From Chromera velia (taxonomy: Eukaryota), in the NCBI GenBank assembly GCA_018398765.1, contig JAHBMJ010000026.1, positions 1 to 59,899 of the forward strand: a DNA stretch of 59,899 nucleotides, in the 5' to 3' direction. Position numbers and translations under genes: made by a program. Each line of letters begins with the position of its first letter. The stretch's first letter is position 1. Below, one piece after another: positions 51,101-59,899 of the stretch. The notes under the pieces were generated by a model. It saw only the letters and a program-made list of their open reading frames with translations. It did no database searches and had not been told where the DNA came from.

Positions 51101-54100
51101 CAGTGCCGCATCAGGGGAACAGAGAAGAGAGAGAAGGGGTCACTGAGCGCAGAGGCGTCTGTGAGACGTCTCTCAGGGTCCCATAAAACTGGATTGGGGC
51201 ACAGATGCTCAGCCAGGATGGACCCGGCTTCCCTTAGCATGGGCTCTCCGTTGCGTGTGCTGCCACTGTCGGTGCTTCTCTGCTGTGAAGACTCCCGTTG
51301 GGGGTCCACGGCAGCAGTCAGAGCATCGATGAAAGAGGAGTCAGGGCAGGAGTCCGCAAGGATCTGCCTGACTCGAGTGAGGGCTCCCATAGGGACATGT
51401 GTTTCATTCTGCGCCTTCCCTTTGGTCTTCCCAGCGTCTCCCTCTCTCTCCTGGCCGGGGTTGTGCATCTCCTCCTGTGAGGACAGACGGTGCGTTGTCT
51501 TGGGCACAGGGGGCGCAGGTCGTTTTTCGGCCTTCTCCTTTTCAACGGACGACTCATGGCCAAATGCATTTGTCCTGTACGCAACGGGACAAGGAAAAAG
51601 ATGAAGAAGAAGATGATGAAGAAGAAGAAGAAGAAGCAAATGGTGTGTAAGCCATTATAAAAGCGGCAATGGTGGCTGTCATTTACAGGAAAGTAAAGTG
51701 CACTCTTCTGAAAAAGTATTTTTGAAGAAAATTTGGCAGAGCCGCTCTGTTTGTGCTTTTGGCTCCCCTGTAGACGATCTAATGCAGCAATTCGCACTTC
51801 ATTGTTTTTGCCTTCCTCCCTTGCGTGCTCTTTCTTGTCTGCGAGCTGACCTCATGAGTCCGTTGAGGACGCCTCCATAGAGCTCGTGTGCCTTTGCAGC
51901 TACCCTGTCGACTATGGTGACCTTCACTTGGGAACTCTGCAAGGAAAATAATGAGGGAGAGGGGAGAGAGACACGTGTGCGTGTGTGCGCGGGGAGGGGG
52001 GGGNNNNNNNNNNNNNNNNNNNNNNNNNNNNNNNNNNNNNNNNNNNNNNNNNNNNNNNNNNNNNNNNNNNNNNNNNNNNNNNNNNNNNNNNNNNNNNNNN
52101 NNNNNNNNNNNNNNNNNNNNNNNNNNNNNNNNNNNNNNNNNNNNNNNNNNNNNNNNNNNNNNNNNNNNNNNNNNNNNNNNNNNNNNNNNNNNNNNNNNNN
52201 NNNNNNNNNNNNNNNNNNNNNNNNNNNNNNNNNNNNNNNNNNNNNNNNNNNNNNNNNNGGGGGGGGGGGGGGGGGTATACGTGGGTGAAAGTCCACATTC
52301 CGCCATTTGTGTTCCATCTCCGTCTTCCTCTCTCTCCCACCTGTGCGCTCATGCACTCGCACAATTGCTTCTTTCTTTACACGTGTGCACAAAAGGTGAA
52401 AGTGGGATTCAAAAACATGGAGAGCCTGCAACACATGAAATCCTTAATTTAAAAAGTCACGCATCAACTCACCGCCACCATTTCTTCTGGTGTCTGGAAG
52501 TATTTCCTCAAATACGCCCTGGCACGGTCCCCCTCCGTACTGTCCGTATCTGAGTCAAACGTCAATTGAGCGAGTGGGGGCGGTAGAAGGAAGCCAAGTG
52601 AGCACCAAACTTGACGCTGAGTCAAAAGAACCACCTCCTCAGAGCTCTCTTGCGTCTCTGTCTTCTGTTTTTGTTGCATTGACTTCCTGTCAAATGCTTT
52701 CTCTTCAGCTGTCTGTCCTTCAGGTACCCCCTCCTGTGCCCCTTGATCTGTGAACGGACAGTCATCCGGTGTCCCCCCTTCCTCTCCTCCTGCTCCCTCC
52801 GGTCCAGACGAAGGGCGGCTCCCTTCCGACACCTGAGGGTCTGAGGAACCTCTGGATCCTCCTGAGCGTTCCTCTTCACTTGTTCTTTTCTCCACTGTGC
52901 CTGCCTTCCCGTCCTTCTTCCCTGCACTCCCTCCTGGGAATCTGCCATCTGAGGTGCGGTCCTCGAGGGAGGATGTGAGGTGACATTTCTCCACACCGGT
53001 CTTCTCAACAACAAACAGAATGCGCTCGGCCTTCCACCCCGCAGGCCAGTACTCATCTGGCAAAACATCCTGGGGCCTCAGTGCGGAGAGCAACGCACAT
53101 TCGACAGGAGCAGCAAAACGGGCGCGGAAGAGTACGAGGACTTCAGGGAGGGCTCGGTCGACCCGTACTGCATACACAGGGCCCCCAACTCTCAGGGCTC
53201 GTGGTAGGAGGGTGGGAGAGGAAAATCTGATGGACATCCTTGTTTCTTCTCCTTCTGAGCTGCTCCATTTGCTCATCTGGTGCCCTTGTGTGTGCAACGA
53301 CGTTGAAAAGCTTTGTCTCTTTTCCGTCATGTCCTGAGTCTCTCGCAGGGACGGTCGCGTAATTTTAAGATCTGTGCTGGAAGAGACGGAGAAACGATTA
53401 GTCGTTTGCTTTGGCGGTGGGGGCACTCGCCAACAGGCCTCAAATACAAGCGTGCTCCATTCGGCTGTCTGAGAGGGGTTCCCTTCCAGACAACAACTCA
53501 ACCACGAAAGCCAGACATGGCGGAGTCTAGTCATTTGGGATTCAGCTGCCATATCTTGCAGCGAGCTTACTCTCCTTTTCCTTCTGGAGTCCCCTTTTGC
53601 CTCTTCTGGCTGACCCACTGTTAAAACCTCATCTGGGGCTGAAGCTGCAGCTCTTCTCTCTGCGAGAAAGTCAAGCCCCAGATAGGCTTTCCTCTCGTCG
53701 ACAAACTCTGCGGAGACACCCCCCCCGTGAGAGTCAACTTCATCGAGCAACCGCCTGCTTATGGGGTTGGCGTTCCCTCCCCCCCCTCCTGTGCCGGTCT
53801 GCCGATCCGCGGAGAAGTTGATGAAGGGAAAGAAGTGAGAGAACCTTCTAGGGTCCAGAGAAGCCTGTGGAGGGAGACGTTGGGATCGAGAGGAAGAGTG
53901 GAGAACATACACAAGAGATGCTAAGAGAGAAACAAGACAAACAACGAAGCAAGCTCAGTACAGAAGAATGAAAACTCCTCGGGGAAAAAGAGGATTTGAA
54001 AAGTAGATGCATCATTATCGTAGATTGCACAGATGACCAAACCACGACTTTCAGCAAAGAATCCAAATTTTCTCACGACCAAATTGAACCAGCCTAAGAC

Positions 54101-56569
54101 AGACAGACAAACAGACCGCGATCAGTTCCCCGAGGACAGCCTGAAGGAGTGGAAGCAACCCCAGAGGAATCGACGCATGAAAGAGAAGAGAGATCAGCAA
54201 CAGAGTCCACTCTGCCTGAAGGTCCCCTACAGCCGTCTCTGTTTCCTGAAGCTTCACCTTCAGGGTGCGGCTTTCTGCAACGGCATCAGCAAACGGACAG
54301 ACAGAAGTCAACCAAAACAATTAAAAGCAAACAGAATCTTTCGCCTCGAGGCACCACCACTCACTTTCTTCTTGAGCGAAATGAGACCAAACTTTTATCT
54401 GTACACGCTTATCCTGTTCTCTTCCACTTCCCACACCTCACTTTCCCGCCCCGCTCTCCCTCCCTCTGCTCACCCAGCCGTGGCGGCTCTACGCTCTTTG
54501 CCTCTCTTTGCCATGGAGGAAGCCTGATGTTCTGGAACAATCGTCTCTTCATCAGGCGACCCGCTGTGCTGGCACGGAACACCGAGAGCACCAGCAGAAA
54601 GCGCGCAAGACTGCAAACGTCCGGGCTCTGTGAAGGAGGAAAAAGGCAGAGAGAAAATAATGTCAACACACAGGTTCACTCAGAAAGTGAAAACAGTGGG
54701 GCGCAAATCAGACGCCAGAAAAACCGTAAAACTCCTTCCAGAAGATGAGTGAGTCAAGAAACACACGACAAACAAAACAAAACCCGCAGCCCCGCCCCAA
54801 ATTCCCCCACGTACCTGGACGACGAATTCCACCCGCTGATTTGCCCTCAGCTTCTTCAACAGAGGGTGGATGCACGCGTGCAGTTGGGCTCTCAACCTCA
54901 GGTTGTGGACCTGCGCTCATTCACTCACTCACTCACTCACTCACTCACTTACTCACTTACCTACTCACTTACTCACTTACCTACTCACTCACTCACTCAC
55001 TTACTCACTTACCTACTCACTCACTCACTCACTTACTCACTTACCTACTCACTCACTCACTCACGCACTCACTCAATCATTCCGCAATAGGTTTTTTCTG
55101 AATTTTCTATTTAGTCGTTTTTTTATTTCTCTGCACGAAGCATCTCTCACGTCTCTGGGCAGTCAGACCACACGACTCAAATGATCCGATGACCAACTGA
55201 TTGACTGACCGTTTCCAGAAAGTCAAAGGGCTGGCGCGTGTCGACGAAGAGGACCCTCACGGGAGTCCCTGCCATCTCTGCCATCATCATCTCGTGCTTC
55301 TCCCTCGTTGCGGTGATCTTCTCCCTCCGAGTCTGCCACTTTGCGCGTTGTCTCAGCTGCCGTTGCCGGGCAGTGAGGCGAGGTCCGTTGGACCCCCCGG
55401 CTCCTGCTTGATCCTCGTCCCTTCCTGCTGTGCCCTTTTTCTTCCTTCCCCCACCCCCCGCGTCTGCGGCGTCCCCAGCCGGATCCTTGGCTGCATTTGG
55501 GGGGGATGAAAACAGAGAAACAAGTTACTCGGTGTCTGTGCATTGCATGCTATGACTGCCTTGTGGCAGTATGTTTGTGCCTGTGAGCACACTTAGCAAT
55601 AGAGTCCCAAAGTGAATCATGGACCCACAGCAATCCAAGAGAGAGAGAGACAGACTGATGAGAGCCGCAACTCCAAGTAAACTCGCTCTCTCTCCAGCTG
55701 ACCCTTATCCACATCATCGTTTTTCTTCTTCATGTAGTTGTTGATTCCCGCAGTCCTGTTGGACGCAAACAGAGAGAAGCAATAAAATAGGAGTGAGGAG
55801 AGCGACTACTCAAGTACACGTGAATCTTTGAAAGGACAAAATGGAAAATGGCGATGCACAAGACAGAGGGAAACCGAACGCTGACCACCGACAAAAACAG
55901 AAATAAAAGAATCACCCCATGCTATTAATACGAGACCCGACCGACCGACCGACCGACCAATCGTACTGGTCGAAGAGGACTGCATCCGGGAGACCCGCAC
56001 AGAGATCCAGAGGAAAGGAAACCTGCATGCCGCGTTGAAGAATATTGATCGAGAGCAAAAAAGGTAAAGAGACACATGAAAGAGGATGAAAGCATCAAAG
56101 AAAGGAAGCAAATAGCAAGACGAAGACCTATAAATAAATGAAGAAAGGAAGGAAAGGAAGGAACGGAAGAAGGAACAAATTGAAAGAACGCCAAGGCCTC
56201 GCTGCCGCCTGACACGGATTCAACGAGGAAGACGAGACGACACAGAAAACTCCACGTCTAAATTTCGACAAGACAATCCAGCAAATTTCAGACGACGCAC
56301 CTGGATGTCTTCTGGTCGAATGAAGGAGGACCCTTCTTCTGTCTCCTTTTGCCACTGTCCCCTTTGGCCTGCATGAGTCTGGAGGGACACAAACGGAGAG
56401 ACAGAGAGAATTCAATTTGATTTGACCAGTGTTTCGAATGACTGTTCATTCTTCTGCTCTTGTGTGGTATACAAGTACATGAAAAATCCAGCACTATGCC
56501 TTTTCTGAGTTTCTTGAGACAACCTGCAGTCCGTGCGTGTGTGTGCGCGCACGTGCTTGTTTCCACCGG

Positions 56570-56612
<43 letters not shown>

Positions 56613-59533
56613 TGTATCAATCTTTCTATCTGCCCGACCATACAGACTGACCGGAAGGACGGGGGACACAGCCTCCTGGGACGGCGTCACGAAACGGGCC
56701 CTCTCTGATAACACCCTGCGGAGTCCCTCTTTACAGTGAGTGTCTCCAGGACTTTCTCTGAGACCCAGAGTAAACGCCTCCTCAGAGGAACCCAACAGAT
56801 AGAGAATCGTCTCTAAGGACCCCCCTCCCTCTCCCCCCACCCAACCATCGGGCTCTCCCCCTCGGCCCCCTCCCGGTGAGAGTCTCCCCTTCCCCCCCCC
56901 TCCTCCTCCCCTGATCCTCTCTGTGCTGTGAAATTCTTCCTGCTCAAACATTTCAAAATAACACGTGCCAAGTAGGTCAAAAGCCAAAACGCGATCTGAC
57001 GGATTCCACCCCATATAGGTGTTTCCTTCTCCTGTTTTCTTTTTCGGCTTTTTTCCTCTCCTCCCCTCTGCCTTCTTCTCATAAATTGACCCCATCAGCC
57101 GCAACACAGATGGGGCTTCCTTGACCTCTTCATCAGGGTTGTTCTTTGACTGCCCGTGTGAAAGAAAGAAAAATAAATTGATTGCTCGCAGGGCTCCACG
57201 GTACCGCTGCAGACCTTTCAACACCCAGGCACGGAGAATGTGACCTTGGGGATCGGAAGGGGACCACACACAGTAGGTGGATATGAGGGGGAATGCAGAT
57301 TCAAACTCGCCCTTTCCTATCAGACTTGCTGCTGCTTTTACGAGATGCCTTGCTGCTTGTAACACCTCTCTTTCCATCAAAACCTCTATGTCTTTCTTCC
57401 CGGTCCGTCTTCGCTTTCCCGGACCATTTTCCTCAATGCTGGGAAGAATCCCACTGGCAGGCGAAACACTGCTGTCAATTTTCAGTCCATCGACACCTTT
57501 TTCTTCCTTTTCTTCTTCATCAAGATCCGTCTTGTCTACTCCCCTTTCTCTGCCCTCTTCGATATCTTCTTCTTGATCTTCGCTTTCCTGCAGCACGATG
57601 CTGGTCGAATCTGCAAGAACGTTCCTCCTTGTGGCGTGGAGGGAAAGAAGGGTGGCGAAGGTTGCGGCGAAGTTCACAGGAAGGTCGTGACCCAGAAGGG
57701 GGGTTGCAGGGCGGGAGGACAAGTGTGATTCTGAGGCTAAATCATGGTCAGGTAGAGGCCACACAGTCGGCATGCTTGAACGATGAGGGTCCGCACCACC
57801 CGCCTCAGGCCCACCTCCAGGAAAAGGAAAGTGTGTGCCTGCGGAGGGATCCACTGAGTCCCTTCCGACAGATGAAAGAAAAGATTGGTTCACGCGAACA
57901 AAAAAAGTTCCCCTACCTCCTTCCATCCCCGTGGTTCCACCTCCCTCTCTGTCTTCTGAATTGAAATTTAGGCTGCCGCTTAATCGCGCATCAGAGCCGA
58001 TACCGGCGGCATTGCATGTGAAGAAACTTTCCAGAGTTAAAGGAAGATCGTGATGGTGGCTGTGTTCGATTGTTTCCCCCACTTGATCTGCAATGACTGC
58101 GAGTGATGCAGGTGGAAGGTGAACGCACAGAGACTGGAAGATTTGTCTCCGTTGCGCCCCGCAAGGCAGCTCTTCCCAAAACGAATCAGTCTCTAGCGGG
58201 TGAGACACGAACCCACCAAAGATCTCTGAGGAGAACGCAGGGGATGAAGAAGAAGACGAAGATGCGGAGGAACAGAAAGACATGCATCCCTGCCCTTCCA
58301 CTTCCCCCACTTCCCTGCCAGACACGTCAACTGATTGACCCGATTGTTCCGCCGTCTTCGCAGAGTTCCGCTCTCCCCCCCTCCTCTCCTTGCCTTCCTC
58401 CTCTTCCTCCTCGTCCTCGTCCCAGAGTCCCTCAAAGTTCCCGTAGTCTGGCTTCTCGTGTCGAGAAAAAGTATCGGCAGGAAAGTAATAGTCGATACGG
58501 GTGGGAGGGGCAAAGGGTCGTCCGTGAATGTCGGCAGACAAGGGAACCGACGGAGAGTCAGAACCCCCTCCTCCCTCTCCTTCTCCTGCAGAGCCCCTCC
58601 AACCGCTCGCGTGTCCCTCTGCCCCCTCTTGCCCTCCTTCTCCTTTCACTGCTTCCTGAACCACTTGTCCATCCCCCTCTTCCTCCTTCTCACCCTCTGC
58701 TGGCACAGACCCGCTGGCTCTCCTCGAGTCTGCTGCTGTGGAGGGAACGGAACTGCTCTCTGAAGAGGACACGGAGGGAAGCAAGAAGAGACGACCGAGT
58801 TCATCTGCAGACTCAATTGAGAATCGACATAGACGGGCCAGAACCGTCCAGAAGGCTGCACACAAACTGCTGTGACCTGCAAGGACTGTGAGGGTCACAG
58901 TGGGAAGCGCATGTAGGGGACGGCTTTGGGGCAAGAGTGGAATGTCACCCGGTGCCGGTGCAGTCTGCTTTTTTTGCTGGCTCCCCGGGGCCTCCTTGCT
59001 GTTTGCAGAGTATGCGACTTCAATGAGGGCAAACAGAGTGTCCTCGGTCACGTCAAAAAGACCGTGGTGGGTTGCCAACTCGAGAGCTTGGAGGTTATGT
59101 GCCCTGTCGGGACTTAAGACGTACAGTCTGTATGCGAACGATTTGAACCAGTCGAACACCACCAGAGTGGCGACGTCGAGAGAATTCACAGGAACAGTGA
59201 AAGCCAGAGTGCGCTCGATGTTCCAGGCAAGGACCACTGGAGTCAGAACCCCGTCCCCCCAATAGAGACGGTCTGCCTCTTGCTGAACATTGCTGAACAC
59301 CACCTTGGTCCTGGAGGCACCCGCGTTCTGACCAATCACATTTCGAGTAAAACCTCTATGCATCGTTCTTCTGCTCCTCAAAACTTGTACAAAGACAGTC
59401 GAAGCAAGACCAGAAGAGCAAGATCACAGCTATTTACAGATGAAAGGGGACAAAGGACCTGCATGTCCTCTTTCAATACCGGAAATTTCAATCTCGAGTC
59501 ACGTCACAGAACAACGCACCTTCGTCTGATCAT
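42167..59533 (-). CDS. Giant multi-exon protein (~3,880 aa, ~23 exons) with TPR-like segment and MYND zinc finger
   Basis: Hand-spliced GT-AG, phase-compatible exons: 59533-59520 (tentative), 59370-56639, 56368-56301, 56022-55958, 55755-55703, 55490-55210, 54910-54815, 54627-54474, 54274-54117, 53798-52473, 51936-51851, 51574-51054, 50809-50244, 49925-49813, 49496-49271, 49004-47285, 47037-45689, 45456-45368, 45115-45058, 44719-44601, 44404-43178, 42909-42352, 42242-42167 (tentative). Total 11,655 nt, divisible by 3. Confidence 0.7.
44700..45456 (-). CDS. MYND-type zinc finger encoded across three small exons
   Basis: Spliced translation CGNAPHCKQPFIWGDLEKVSCKLCMMATYCTKECMAAHKAQHASEC fits C-C...CxxC-x4-YC-x3-C...H-x3-C. 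Confidence 0.8.
45198..45277 (+). repeat. Perfect 38-bp tandem duplication (2 copies) in an intron
   Basis: gccgaatgtgcacaccctcgcagaatccgaatgcctat occurs twice. Confidence 0.95.
52004..52258. other. Assembly gap (N run) in an intron, flanked by poly-G
   Basis: N run visible. Confidence 0.99.
54917..55078 (+). repeat. (ACTC)n/(ACTT)n intronic microsatellite
   Basis: Directly visible, abutting the acceptor at 54911. Confidence 0.95.
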
Positions 59534-59899
59534 TGAGGAGGATTGAAGACACTGCAAATGATGTGTGTTGTCACTCAATCAGCACCTCCAGCTTCCAGCG
59601 TACACTTCCAAGTTTGCGATCAACGCATATATACATTAAAATGCATGGATGCATCGATCATTCATTGAATGCATGCAGATATATATATATATTAATATTA
59701 ATATATATATGCGTACCGTAGGCGTGAAGACCCAACTCGAGATTTTAGCCACTTTCAGTTTAGGGTGATGGAAGGGGTGCTAGCTTGCTCCGGGGTGCAT
59801 AATCGGTTTGGGCGCCGCCATACTAAGTGTTCCAACACTAAGACCTATAGGGTGCCACCATAGCTTGGTCACCGTGTACAATGCATGTATGCGCATACA

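Overview
Eukaryotic genomic DNA with GT-AG introns, microsatellite-rich introns, low-complexity proteins and many TGCATGCA motifs. By inference it resembles a chromerid/apicomplexan relative such as Chromera; the sequence alone does not prove this. Left to right: (1) a decayed minus-strand Penelope-like retroelement with the GIY-YIG nuclease N-terminal to the RT (permuted, Naiad/Chlamys-type order), 657-3993; (2) an intronless gene with a C-terminal RING finger, 4934-6397; (3) an inverted, pseudogenised, intron-retaining copy (8391-10303) of part of the gene ~38 kb away; (4) a nest of non-autonomous TIR elements with readable TSDs (10660-14953), one holding a CRE-like non-LTR fragment; (5) a multi-exon low-complexity gene, ~15546-22400 (-); (6) a decayed ~9 kb CRE-like non-LTR retrotransposon whose RT-CCHC-RLE module follows a very long (~1,800 codon) hydrophobic, internally repeated upstream region, ~24540-33620 (-); (7) a repeat-built plus-strand gene or pseudogene, ~35234-38251; (8) one giant minus-strand gene of ~23 phase-compatible exons (~3,880 aa, TPR-like segment plus a MYND finger split over three exons), 42167-59533. 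There are three assembly gaps. No rRNA, tRNA or CRISPR was recognised.
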